Below are positions 29,183-38,369 of a stretch of DNA of 64,000 nucleotides, piece after piece (position 1 is the first letter of the stretch; the number at the start of each line of letters is the position of its first letter). This DNA comes from an uncultured Gammaproteobacteria bacterium (GTDB taxonomy: Bacteria > Patescibacteriota > Patescibacteriia > UBA9934 > GWF2-40-263): the NCBI GenBank assembly GCA_964538435.1, contig CAZIDX010000001.1:139304-203303 (forward strand), given 5' to 3'. Below the pieces are notes generated by a model. That model did not search any database. It had not been told where the DNA came from and saw only the letters and a program-made list of their open reading frames with translations. The position numbers and the translations under genes were made by a program.

Positions 29183-30034
29183 ATGACAGCCAAAAAACTT
29201 CTCATCACAAAAGGAAACGGGCAGGTTGTTCCATTTGAAAAAAACAAACTTGCCGCAACCCTTCAACGTGCTGGAACCGACAAAAAAACCATCCAGGAAG
29301 TGCTTCGCGTAATTCAACCGAAAATCAAGCACAAGATGAAAACCTCGCAAATTGCTCAGATGGTTCATTTCGAGCTTGAGCAGCGCAAACCCTGGGCAGC
29401 AGCCAGACTCAATCTTCGTGACGCCATCCGCAACCTTGGTCCAGCTGGATACAACTTTGAAAAATACGTCGCCTCAATCCTCAATGCATACGGTTACAAA
29501 GCCGAGACTCCGCACGAACTCCAGGGCGCCTGCGTAAAACACGAGGTAGACGTTACAGCAGAAAAAGACGGACGCACAGCCTTTATCGAAGCAAAGTTCC
29601 GCCACGATTTCCGCGGAACAGTCGCTGTCAAAGACACACTTGCCACCTGGGCGCGCTTCCTTGATCTCGTAGACGGCTCAAACGTTGGTCTCTGCCAGCA
29701 CTTTGACGAAGCCTGGATCGTCACCAATGCACGCTTTACTGATCAATCTCTCAAATACGGACACTGCAAAAACATGATGCTTATCGGCTGGAACCACCCC
29801 CGAGAGCGCACCTTTGCCAGCATGGTTGATCAGCAAACCCTCTACCCTATTACCGTCATGAAAGACCTCACAAAGAAAGAGATAGAAGCACTAGCAAAAG
29901 CCGACCTCATGCTCTGTCGCGACCTAGAAAGCTTTGATCTTGACCAACTCCGCAGCAAAACCGGTCTTTCTGCCAAACGAATGGATCAAATCGCCCACAC
30001 CTGCTCAGACATTATTCACGGCGACAGAGGTTGA
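29183..30034 (+). CDS. ATP-cone + Mrr-like PD-(D/E)xK nuclease domain protein
   Basis: ITKGNGQVVPFEKNKL (ATP cone); GYNFEKYV, HEVDV, FIEAKF, IVTNARFT. Confidence 0.8.
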   Translation: MTAKKLLITKGNGQVVPFEKNKLAATLQRAGTDKKTIQEVLRVIQPKIKHKMKTSQIAQMVHFELEQRKPWAAARLNLRDAIRNLGPAGYNFEKYVASILNAYGYKAETPHELQGACVKHEVDVTAEKDGRTAFIEAKFRHDFRGTVAVKDTLATWARFLDLVDGSNVGLCQHFDEAWIVTNARFTDQSLKYGHCKNMMLIGWNHPRERTFASMVDQQTLYPITVMKDLTKKEIEALAKADLMLCRDLESFDLDQLRSKTGLSAKRMDQIAHTCSDIIHGDRG

Positions 30035-30089
30035 CAAAATGCCAGTTTTTCTCTATTCTTCCCTTGCTGAACAATCAACAAACCTCATT

Positions 30090-30212
30090 ATGCCAGGAAA
30101 AAGAAAGCAAATCCGTGACAAATGGAAAGCTGATCGAAAGACACAGCTCGCAAACAACCGCCGAAAAAAGGCGATTCGTATCACTAAAGGAACTGATAAA
30201 ACCGCGAGCTAA
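30090..30212 (+). CDS. 40-aa highly basic small protein
   Basis: MPGKRKQIRDKWKADRKTQLANNRRKKAIRITKGTDKTAS; TTGACA-17-TATTCT promoter at 30031; terminator AAAACCGCGA..TCGCGGTTTT. Confidence 0.65.
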   Translation: MPGKRKQIRDKWKADRKTQLANNRRKKAIRITKGTDKTAS

Positions 30213-30231
30213 TCGCGGTTTTCGGATATCT

Positions 30232-31179
30232 ATGAAATCTACAAAACTTGCACTTATCCTAGGAGGACTAGCGCTCGTCGTATCCGGTTGTGGATTCAAC
30301 CAATCACCGACACCTGCTGAAACCGATTCTTCAATATTTTCACCTGTTGAATCACTTGTTGCAGAGCCGTCTGACACACTCCCCGGGCAAACAGCTCATC
30401 AGAAATCTCTTATGACAGCGATTTCATATGACGGACTCAACTTCGTACCAAACGATGGCTGGGTTGCTGATCAAGCACATGCACCTGACGCAATCATCAA
30501 AGACGGAAAGATCTATCTCTACTACTCAGGCTGGCTCGTTGGAAGAGAACTCAACAAAACAGCTCTAGCCATCTCAGAAGACAATGGAAAGACCTGGACA
30601 CATCACCACCTCACATTCATTGACAAGTACGTAACTGACGCACTTAATCCAGACGTTGTTCTCCTCGATGACGGCACCATCCGCATGTTCTTCAATGCTC
30701 TCAACGGATCAGAAACTGCCGTCTTCTACGCCGACAGCACAGACGGAATCACATTCACCTACAAAGCAGCTGTTGGAGGAGATGACGAACAGCTTTTTGC
30801 AGACGCAACAACAACCGTCTTTAACGGAGCGTGGAAACAATACATTCAAGGTGCAGACGCAACAGAAATCATCTTGTTCGAAGGCGAGCAAAGCGACCGC
30901 CTGCAATACACAGGAATGACCGCCTTCCCACCAAACGGCACACCTCACTACCCACTCAATGGCTATTGGGTGGAAGACAAGTACCACATGCTCCTAATCG
31001 ATCCTGACACAATGGAAATGCGCTCCATGCGCACTGAAAACGGATCAGACTGGTACTCAGTTGACGGTCTCCGAATAGAACCTTCCGAAAACGGAACAGC
31101 AGTAACAGATGCAACCGTAGTGCAACTCGATGATGGTACATACCTGATGATATACGCGCTCTACCACTCAGAAGTTTAA
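30232..31179 (+). CDS. Lipoprotein with beta-propeller/glycosidase-like repeats
   Basis: Lipobox-like LVVSGCG; Asp-box-like SEDNGKTW and STDGITF. Confidence 0.7.
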   Translation: MKSTKLALILGGLALVVSGCGFNQSPTPAETDSSIFSPVESLVAEPSDTLPGQTAHQKSLMTAISYDGLNFVPNDGWVADQAHAPDAIIKDGKIYLYYSGWLVGRELNKTALAISEDNGKTWTHHHLTFIDKYVTDALNPDVVLLDDGTIRMFFNALNGSETAVFYADSTDGITFTYKAAVGGDDEQLFADATTTVFNGAWKQYIQGADATEIILFEGEQSDRLQYTGMTAFPPNGTPHYPLNGYWVEDKYHMLLIDPDTMEMRSMRTENGSDWYSVDGLRIEPSENGTAVTDATVVQLDDGTYLMIYALYHSEV

Positions 31180-31184
31180 TCAAA

Positions 31185-31217
31185 CAAAAAACTCTCCGGA
31201 CTTCCGGAGAGTTTTTG
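31185..31217. terminator. Bidirectional terminator
   Basis: CAAAAAACTCTCCGGA C TTCCGGAGAGTTTTTG. Confidence 0.8.
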
Positions 31218-31218
31218 A

Positions 31219-31824
31219 TTATTTAAGAGTTCCTTCAAGGATATGCTCATCAGGCGCCGGATCACCATCATCTGGCTCAAGAGTCAGTACGTAGAAATCA
31301 TGATCTGAATAATCTGTAGGTGACATGAACACATTCACATAGACATCATTTACCAACTCAGCCTTTCCTGTGCTGATTGCACTAAACGCATCTCCGCGCC
31401 TAACCACCCATCCTTCGTAAAAATACCCTTCACCTGGCACAGGTAGATTTCCCATCTCAACAACAAGTGAGTATTTTCCATCTGCAAATATTGCATGCGC
31501 CAATCCATAACTTCCACCACCTGTCACATCAGCAAGTGCTGCAGAGCTCCAGTTGCTAAAATCCTGCTCAAGAGCAGCAGCAAGATCACCCACAGGCTCA
31601 CTCACACTGTCAATAATGGCTTCCTTCATGAATTCTGACTCATCGTCCCCCATGATTAGCCCATTTTCCTTTGCATCAAGCAAAATCGCATCACGATCAA
31701 TCACAACCTCACCTGAAGCATCTGTTGTAACAACATCAGCGCCACGCGAGCATCCAAATCCCACAACCAAGAGCAAGGCTGCAAGACCGACGATTCCACT
31801 AATTGTAAAAGCTTTCTTTGTCAT
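31219..31824 (-). CDS. Lipoprotein with anti-sigma-K (RskA) C-terminal-like domain
   Basis: VVGFGC lipobox; FYEGWVV..VLTLEPDDGDPAP..HILEG. Confidence 0.65.
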   Translation of the reverse strand: MTKKAFTISGIVGLAALLLVVGFGCSRGADVVTTDASGEVVIDRDAILLDAKENGLIMGDDESEFMKEAIIDSVSEPVGDLAAALEQDFSNWSSAALADVTGGGSYGLAHAIFADGKYSLVVEMGNLPVPGEGYFYEGWVVRRGDAFSAISTGKAELVNDVYVNVFMSPTDYSDHDFYVLTLEPDDGDPAPDEHILEGTLK

Positions 31825-31880
31825 AATGTCTTCATTCAGTGCCCAATTATAAACGCAAATACACAAAAATGACAATACGG

Positions 31881-33143
31881 TTACGAATCTTCGCTAAGAT
31901 ATCGGCGTTTTTTTAGCCTCTTTGGCAAATACTCTTGATGAGCATCTTCGGGAGCAAACCTTGGTGTGTATTTATACCCCTTTCCATAACCCAAATTCTT
32001 CATAAGTTTTGTGGGTGCATTACGTAGATGAAGAGGAACAGGATCATTCTGAGTTTCCTGCACATCCTGCTGCACACGCATATACCCACTGTAGAGCGCA
32101 TTGCTCTTCTTTGCCTGCGCCAAATACGCAACAGCCTGCGCCAAAATCACATTGCACTCAGGCATCCCAATAAAGTGACAAGCCTGATACGCAGCAACAG
32201 CTTGCTCAAGCGCACGCGGATCAGCAAGCCCAATGTCTTCTGAGGCAAAACGCACAAGCCGTCGCGCAACATAAAGTGGATCTTCTCCACCCTCCAGCAT
32301 CCGCCCAAGCCAATAAAGTGATGCATCAGCATTGTTTCCACGCATTGATTTGTGCAGCGCTGAAATAATATTGTAGTGCTCCTCCCCTCCTCTATCGTAC
32401 AAAAGATGTGTCCGTTGCAAAGCTTCCTCCACAGACTCTTTATCCACCACAACCTTCCCGTCACCATCAAACGCCTTAACAGCCATCTCAAGGGCATTTA
32501 GAGCCGTCCTGGCGTCTCCATTAGCCATAATAGACAAGTATCTCACTGTCTCATCATCAACCGTGATCTCCAACCGTCCAAGCCCCATATCCCGATCCTC
32601 AGCGGCTCTGCGAATAAGCCTCTCGATATCCTCAGGCTCAAGCGCATTCAAAACAAACACTCGACATCGAGACAAAAGCGCGGCATTCACTTCAAACGAT
32701 GGGTTCTCAGTTGTTGCTCCAATGAGCGTAATCGTTCCATCCTCCACATGAGGCAAAAACGCATCCTGCTGCAACTTGTTAAACCGATGAATCTCATCAA
32801 TAAACAAAATCGTTGGTTGCTGTCGATACTTATCCCGATCAATCGCCTCAGCCACAATCCGCCGAACATCCTTCACGCTTCCCTCAACTGCACTAAACTT
32901 CACAAAATGAGCCCCGGTCGCATCTGCTATGATCTGCGCCAAAGTCGTCTTCCCAGTCCCGGGCGGACCCCAAAACATCATGGACGGAATCTGATCACTG
33001 TCGATCAGCCTGCGCAAAACCTTCCCAGGAGCAATCAAATGCTGCTGCCCTGCATACTCATCAAAAGTACGAGGTCGCATCCGATCCGCAAGCGGAGCCG
33101 CACGCTCCCGACGTTGTTGCCTTTTGTGTTCAAAGAGATCCAT
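31881..33143 (-). CDS. rarA: Replication-associated recombination protein A
   Basis: PLADRMRP, WGPPGTGKTT, DEIHRFNK, GATTENP, ISALHKS, VPLHLRNAPT. Confidence 0.95.
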   Translation of the reverse strand: MDLFEHKRQQRRERAAPLADRMRPRTFDEYAGQQHLIAPGKVLRRLIDSDQIPSMMFWGPPGTGKTTLAQIIADATGAHFVKFSAVEGSVKDVRRIVAEAIDRDKYRQQPTILFIDEIHRFNKLQQDAFLPHVEDGTITLIGATTENPSFEVNAALLSRCRVFVLNALEPEDIERLIRRAAEDRDMGLGRLEITVDDETVRYLSIMANGDARTALNALEMAVKAFDGDGKVVVDKESVEEALQRTHLLYDRGGEEHYNIISALHKSMRGNNADASLYWLGRMLEGGEDPLYVARRLVRFASEDIGLADPRALEQAVAAYQACHFIGMPECNVILAQAVAYLAQAKKSNALYSGYMRVQQDVQETQNDPVPLHLRNAPTKLMKNLGYGKGYKYTPRFAPEDAHQEYLPKRLKKRRYLSEDS

Positions 33144-33200
33144 ACACGCCGAGTATAACAAAATCCCGGACTTACCCGGGATCTGCATTTTTGTCAAGTG

Positions 33201-33851
33201 TCACTTAATGACTTTCAATGTTAAATCAGACCAATGAGGTTTTAAGATATGCGCCCAAATCACGACACTGAGCAGCGCACAGAAAAAACACCACACTGAG
33301 GTAAATGTGAGAGTATAAAACGTCCAAGACACCCACGCAGCTATACCAGTAAGCACACCAAATAACTTCAAGAATGGATGAGTAGCTATGAGAAACGATC
33401 CAACCGTTCCAGCAATATAGATCGCAATCCCAATCGTCTCAAATGGGATATCGATTCTGTATTGAATGCTGCCACCAACCTCAACTACTTCAAGAGGATT
33501 GATAAAAAGCGAGATAAGTAAATACAATGAACCAACCAACCCAAAAAACACAAACACCTTGAGAATCTTTTTTCTCTTCTTATTTATCTCATGCATGTAA
33601 CACGCCAGTGGGATATAGAGCGGCCAAAACAAAAATGCAAAGAACAAAAACATATACGCCGCCACCAAACTGTGCCAGGTATACGCCGGTAGCACCCATA
33701 CCAACCCTTCAAAAAACTGTTGGAAGGCGAAAATGAACGGTATTGTCGCAAGGATCACGTCTTGTTTTGTTCTGGACCGACTCATGGTGTGAACACCAGC
33801 CGCCCCAAGCACGGCACTTGCTGTAAAACTCGCTGCTGCAGAAAAACACAT
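33201..33851 (-). CDS. Membrane protein (DUF6629-like)
   Basis: MCFSAAASF N-terminus, QQFFEG, SVWCFF. Confidence 0.7.
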   Translation of the reverse strand: MCFSAAASFTASAVLGAAGVHTMSRSRTKQDVILATIPFIFAFQQFFEGLVWVLPAYTWHSLVAAYMFLFFAFLFWPLYIPLACYMHEINKKRKKILKVFVFFGLVGSLYLLISLFINPLEVVEVGGSIQYRIDIPFETIGIAIYIAGTVGSFLIATHPFLKLFGVLTGIAAWVSWTFYTLTFTSVWCFFCALLSVVIWAHILKPHWSDLTLKVIK

Positions 33852-33946
33852 AGTAAATTCATTATATCAACAACCAACCGTTGACAGAAACGAGCCGTAG
33901 TAGCAAGGTCTAAGCGGACAGCAAAAGCAAACCCTCTGGAGATACC

Positions 33947-35041
33947 ATGATGTCTGGAGAATTCAACCAACATGGTGGTCTCACACTCGTTGGACTGCGC
34001 GGGTACGAGGCTCTCATCAACACCGTCAAGGACCTCATCGAAACCAAGAGTGGCAACGATGGAGGGAAGACCCCACACACCCCCGTGGACATCGTCCGCC
34101 CCGAGATCAAGCGCTTCGCAAACGGCGAACCTGATGTCCGCCTGCGCAAGCAACATGTCGGTGGTCATGACATCGTCGTAGTGACCTCGGGTCCTGGCAC
34201 AAACGACATGATCATGGAAACACTCTGGGTACTCAACCACCTGGCAGCACATCGCGCATCGCGCATCATGCTGGTGACTGGGTATTTTCCACTCAGCCGA
34301 TCCGACAAGGACGAAGCTGAGGTGCGTCTGACCACTCCACCCATGGTGATCAACTGGTTCAAGATGGCTTCCATGCACCCCAATGGTAAGGACTGCCTAC
34401 TCTGTCGTGTGGTCTGTGCTGACCCGCACAGCGTCCAGCTCACTATGGCCGGAGACTCTGGGTTCATCACCCCGATCTTCTTGACCCGGCGCCTGCTTCG
34501 CCCCACCATTACGGACGCTCTCGAGCAGAACAAGCGCATTGCCCTGGCATTCCCAGACAACAGCGCTGTCGCTCGATTCGAGCCCGCCATTCTCAAGGTG
34601 CAGAAGTCCCTGGACATCGAAATTCCCATCGTGGTCGCAATCAAGCGGCGAGACATGCTCACAGGCAAGTCCACGCTCGTGGGAATGCAAGGAGACCTGG
34701 AGAATCTCGAGGGATCTCTGGTTATCATGTGCGACGACGAGATCGACACCGGTGGCAGCATCATGAACATGGCCACGCTTCTCAGGGACATGTACAAGGT
34801 CGACTCCGTGTGGGCCGCTGTCATTCATGCCGTGTTCAGCGACCCGGCTCCACAACGCTTCATGTTCGCGGACTCACCCGTGGATCGCGTTCTTGCTATG
34901 AACACGATCCCGCACAACAACCGTTCCGAGATCGCCCCTCTGATCGAGTGTGGACGACTGAACATGTATCCCTGGCTCGAAGATCTGGCCTGGTTGATTC
35001 TCATGCACCACTGGAAGGTGGGCATGCGAGAAGCCCGCTAG
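33947..35041 (+). CDS. Divergent ribose-phosphate pyrophosphokinase (PRPP synthetase)-like protein
   Basis: FANGE, SRSDK, DPH..Q, FPD, DDEIDTGGS, IHAVFS, NTIP. Confidence 0.8.
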   Translation: MMSGEFNQHGGLTLVGLRGYEALINTVKDLIETKSGNDGGKTPHTPVDIVRPEIKRFANGEPDVRLRKQHVGGHDIVVVTSGPGTNDMIMETLWVLNHLAAHRASRIMLVTGYFPLSRSDKDEAEVRLTTPPMVINWFKMASMHPNGKDCLLCRVVCADPHSVQLTMAGDSGFITPIFLTRRLLRPTITDALEQNKRIALAFPDNSAVARFEPAILKVQKSLDIEIPIVVAIKRRDMLTGKSTLVGMQGDLENLEGSLVIMCDDEIDTGGSIMNMATLLRDMYKVDSVWAAVIHAVFSDPAPQRFMFADSPVDRVLAMNTIPHNNRSEIAPLIECGRLNMYPWLEDLAWLILMHHWKVGMREAR

Positions 35042-35131
35042 AACAAAACGACCCGCTTCTCTCTGAGAACCGGGTTTTCTCATAATTTGACATTAGACAA
35101 ACTCACAAAAAAACGAGAGAATGTGATTATT

Positions 35132-36250
35132 ATGTCTCAAAACATCCAAAAAAACATCGACAAACTTCTCGATGGTACAGGAATCAAAATCAACGGCTCA
35201 AATCCCTGGGACATCCAGGTGACCAATGACCGTTTTTACAAACGCGTTCTCACCAAAGGATCTCTTGGCTTTGGAGAGAGCTACATGGACGGCTGGTGGG
35301 AGTGTGATCAAATCGACGAGCTTATCAATCGCATCATGAGCCACAACGTACGCAAGCGCCTCAAATCCAACTGGCCTACTGTTGCGCTCACACTCGCTTC
35401 CATCCTCATCAACAGGCAAAAAGGATCACGATCTTTTCACATTGGAAAAGCCCACTACGACGCAGGCAATAAACTTTACAATCTAATGCTCGACAAAAAC
35501 CTTGTCTACACCTGCGGATACTTCAAAGACACAGACTCACTAGACGTCGCGCAAGAACAAAAACTCGATCTCGTTTGCCGCAAGATTGGACTCAAGCCTG
35601 GAGATCGAGTGCTCGACATTGGTTGCGGCTGGGGAAGCTTTGCAAAATTTGCTGCAGAAAACTACGGCGCACATGTCACAGGAATCACAGTCTCAAAAGA
35701 ACAACTTGCTCTAGCAAAAGAACGTTGTAAGGGTCTACCAGTCGACCTGCGCCTTCAAGACTACCGTGAGGTTGATGAGACATTCGACCACATTGTCTCA
35801 CTAGGGATGGTAGAACACGTTGGATACAAAAACTATAAGACCTACATGAAAGTTGCAGCACGCTGCCTCAAAGACGACGGCCTCTTCCTTCTCCACACCA
35901 TTGGATCACGACACTCAGGCCGCACAACAGACCCATGGATTGAGAAGTACATCTTCCCAAACTCAATGCTCCCATCGCTTGCCCAGCTCACTCAAGCCGC
36001 AGAAGAACACTTCCTCATCGAGGACGTACACAACTTTGGCCCAGACTACGACAAAACACTCATGGCCTGGTTTACCAACTTTGACACACACTGGGACGAG
36101 CTAAAAGACGACTACGACGAGCGTTTCTACCGCATGTGGAAGTATTACCTCCTAGCCTGCGCTGGCTCATTCAGATCAAGAAGCAATCAACTCTGGCAAA
36201 TCGTCCTCTCAAAAAACGGCGTCCCAGGAGGCTACACATCAATTCGATAA
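35132..36250 (+). CDS. cfa: Cyclopropane fatty acyl phospholipid synthase
   Basis: GSLGFGESYMDGWW, HYDAGN, YTCGY, VLDIGCGWG, WIEKYIFPN. Confidence 0.95.
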   Translation: MSQNIQKNIDKLLDGTGIKINGSNPWDIQVTNDRFYKRVLTKGSLGFGESYMDGWWECDQIDELINRIMSHNVRKRLKSNWPTVALTLASILINRQKGSRSFHIGKAHYDAGNKLYNLMLDKNLVYTCGYFKDTDSLDVAQEQKLDLVCRKIGLKPGDRVLDIGCGWGSFAKFAAENYGAHVTGITVSKEQLALAKERCKGLPVDLRLQDYREVDETFDHIVSLGMVEHVGYKNYKTYMKVAARCLKDDGLFLLHTIGSRHSGRTTDPWIEKYIFPNSMLPSLAQLTQAAEEHFLIEDVHNFGPDYDKTLMAWFTNFDTHWDELKDDYDERFYRMWKYYLLACAGSFRSRSNQLWQIVLSKNGVPGGYTSIR

Positions 36251-36296
36251 ACAAAAAACACTCTCGCAACAACGAGGGTGTTTTTATTATGTCGAT

Positions 36297-36743
36297 CTAC
36301 TCAAAATCAATCGCGCTTACCAAACTTCCTTTTTCAACCTCATCAAAAACATGTTGGTAATAATCAATAAAATCATGCGGATAATCATCTACCGAACACC
36401 ACACAAGCTCACTACACTTCTCAGGCTCAGTATTTTGTGGCTCCCCCTCCCAATCTGAGCAATGAAAGAAGCAATCAATCCGCTCATGATCTCCACAATG
36501 CCGATGCAGCACATGCTTGCAATCAAGATGCTCAACTTTAACTTTTACACCAACCTCCTCCATAGCCTCGCGCTGCATCGCGCGAAAGACACTCTCCCCA
36601 CCATCAACATGCCCAGCTGGAAGTCCAAGCTCGTTATCTTTGTACCCTGTGTTCTGCCTCCGTAGAGCCAAAAACCGCCCCTGATCATCAATCATGATCA
36701 AGTAGACTGAAACGATCATTTTGTACTTATCTTTCCAGCTCAT
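36297..36743 (-). CDS. Nudix hydrolase
   Basis: GHVDGGESVFRAMQREAMEEVG; NTEPEKC. Confidence 0.9.
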   Translation of the reverse strand: MSWKDKYKMIVSVYLIMIDDQGRFLALRRQNTGYKDNELGLPAGHVDGGESVFRAMQREAMEEVGVKVKVEHLDCKHVLHRHCGDHERIDCFFHCSDWEGEPQNTEPEKCSELVWCSVDDYPHDFIDYYQHVFDEVEKGSLVSAIDFE

Positions 36744-37303
36744 AGTTCAATTTCGTCAGAGATGCTTTGCATCGCCCGAATCGTGACCTCGAAAAACTTA
36801 GATCGCTCCATACCGATCTTCTCAATGTCCGCGATAAACTCTCGTGACACATTTGCAGCAAAGTGATTTGTTTTAAACTTTTTGTTAAGTGAGCTCGGCT
36901 TCATACCCTCAAGATTCTGTGGTCGCATGAGTGCGTACGCGTAAATAAGCCCAGTGACACTCTCACCAGCAGCTAGAGCATAATCAAGCCGACTTTCACG
37001 CTTCACACCCGTGAAATTCTCATTATGAGACGAAATCGCATGCGCCATCTCCGCAGAAACCTCGAACCCCTCTTCTTTTAGAATCTCAAGCACCCGAAGT
37101 CCATGCTGCTCATGATTCTCCTGCGTCTGCTCCCAATCAAGGTCATGCAAGAGCCCAGCAATTCCCCACTCTTCCTCGTTCTCTCCAAGCTCCTTAGCAA
37201 GCTCACGCATCACAACTTCACTTTCACGAGAATGCATTCGATTGTTTTGATCCTGCAAATTCTTCTCTACAAGCTCCCAGGCTTTTTCTCTCATTGTTTG
37301 CAT
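36740..37303 (-). CDS. HD (HDIG)-domain protein
   Basis: H..E..MR, GLLHDLDWE, ISSHN, FAANVSRE. Confidence 0.85.
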   Translation of the reverse strand: MQTMREKAWELVEKNLQDQNNRMHSRESEVVMRELAKELGENEEEWGIAGLLHDLDWEQTQENHEQHGLRVLEILKEEGFEVSAEMAHAISSHNENFTGVKRESRLDYALAAGESVTGLIYAYALMRPQNLEGMKPSSLNKKFKTNHFAANVSREFIADIEKIGMERSKFFEVTIRAMQSISDEIEL

Positions 37304-37396
37304 ACGCACTCCAGTATAGCACTTTGTATTTTTGAGTAGACAAATACTGATAAAAACGAAATAATACGTACATATAAACCATCATCTTTTCAATCT

Positions 37397-38329
37397 ATGT
37401 TTAAAGGCGACTCAGGCGTTCCTTTCCATGAAATCATGGACAAACAGGAGCCAAAACACCAATTAAACGAACAACAACTAGAGCGAATCGAACATTTGAG
37501 AGAGATAATAGAAACGCCTGCAAGGGGCGAACAGAATGATTGGAAAAAAAGATCAGCAAAACAAATCCTCGAAACAATGGAGTCTCCAGAATTTGCTGAG
37601 GAAGTAAAAAAATACGAAGAACTCATGCGCAAACTCGCTGCTATACAAAAGATCTACGGGAAGAACGATGTTTATTCTCATGTTTCGCTTGCATCGTATG
37701 ATTTGGCAAAACTCGTACAAGTCCGTACACGTGATGAGTATGACCAAGTGAGACCAGAAATTAAACAAGTAGATATTAAGTTGTTCAAAGAAATCTTCGG
37801 TGCTGACCCGCTTGACCGCCCATTTGGCACACCAAGACCAACGGATAACCCCATGTTTATACAAGGGACTCATGTAACAAGTGAGCGAGGTCCTTCTGTA
37901 CCAAATTTCCAACTTGACATAGATTCTTTTGAAAAAATGATCTCAGAAATGGATGAGGCAGAAGCTCAACAAATCGTAAATCGAGAGCTCGACATCGTAA
38001 GAAAACACCTCAACGGAGATGAGGTTGATGAAGACGTTGATTCACATTTGAGTGCTACAAGTGAAGCGTTTTTCTCTTATATTAAACAGGTTGATGATAT
38101 ACCGGGCGTATACTTCCGCACAGCTTCATTCGGATACAAAAACAGTCCTCCATGGTTTATTGTAGCAACAGAGTTTGGTGGTGAAAGAGGTGTTGAATGG
38201 AAATTAACTTTCAATCCAGACAAAAAAGTTTTTGTTCAAAACAAACCACCTACACAAAAAAACGAAGAACCTGTTGAGCTTGCACTTGAAATGATCCCCG
38301 AATTCTTCATGCATAAAGTAAACGAATAA
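37397..38329 (+). CDS. Hypothetical protein
   Basis: 310-aa ORF; terminator at about 38340-38366. Confidence 0.7.
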   Translation: MFKGDSGVPFHEIMDKQEPKHQLNEQQLERIEHLREIIETPARGEQNDWKKRSAKQILETMESPEFAEEVKKYEELMRKLAAIQKIYGKNDVYSHVSLASYDLAKLVQVRTRDEYDQVRPEIKQVDIKLFKEIFGADPLDRPFGTPRPTDNPMFIQGTHVTSERGPSVPNFQLDIDSFEKMISEMDEAEAQQIVNRELDIVRKHLNGDEVDEDVDSHLSATSEAFFSYIKQVDDIPGVYFRTASFGYKNSPPWFIVATEFGGERGVEWKLTFNPDKKVFVQNKPPTQKNEEPVELALEMIPEFFMHKVNE

Positions 38330-38369
38330 ATCCGATAGCAAAATGCCCCACAAGGGGCATTTTTTGTTT

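Noticed and set aside
33161-33182. Palindrome ATCCCGG-N6-CCGGGAT upstream of rarA as an SOS-like operator
   Set aside because: It is followed by a T-run on the minus strand just after the upstream gene's stop, so a terminator is the simpler explanation.
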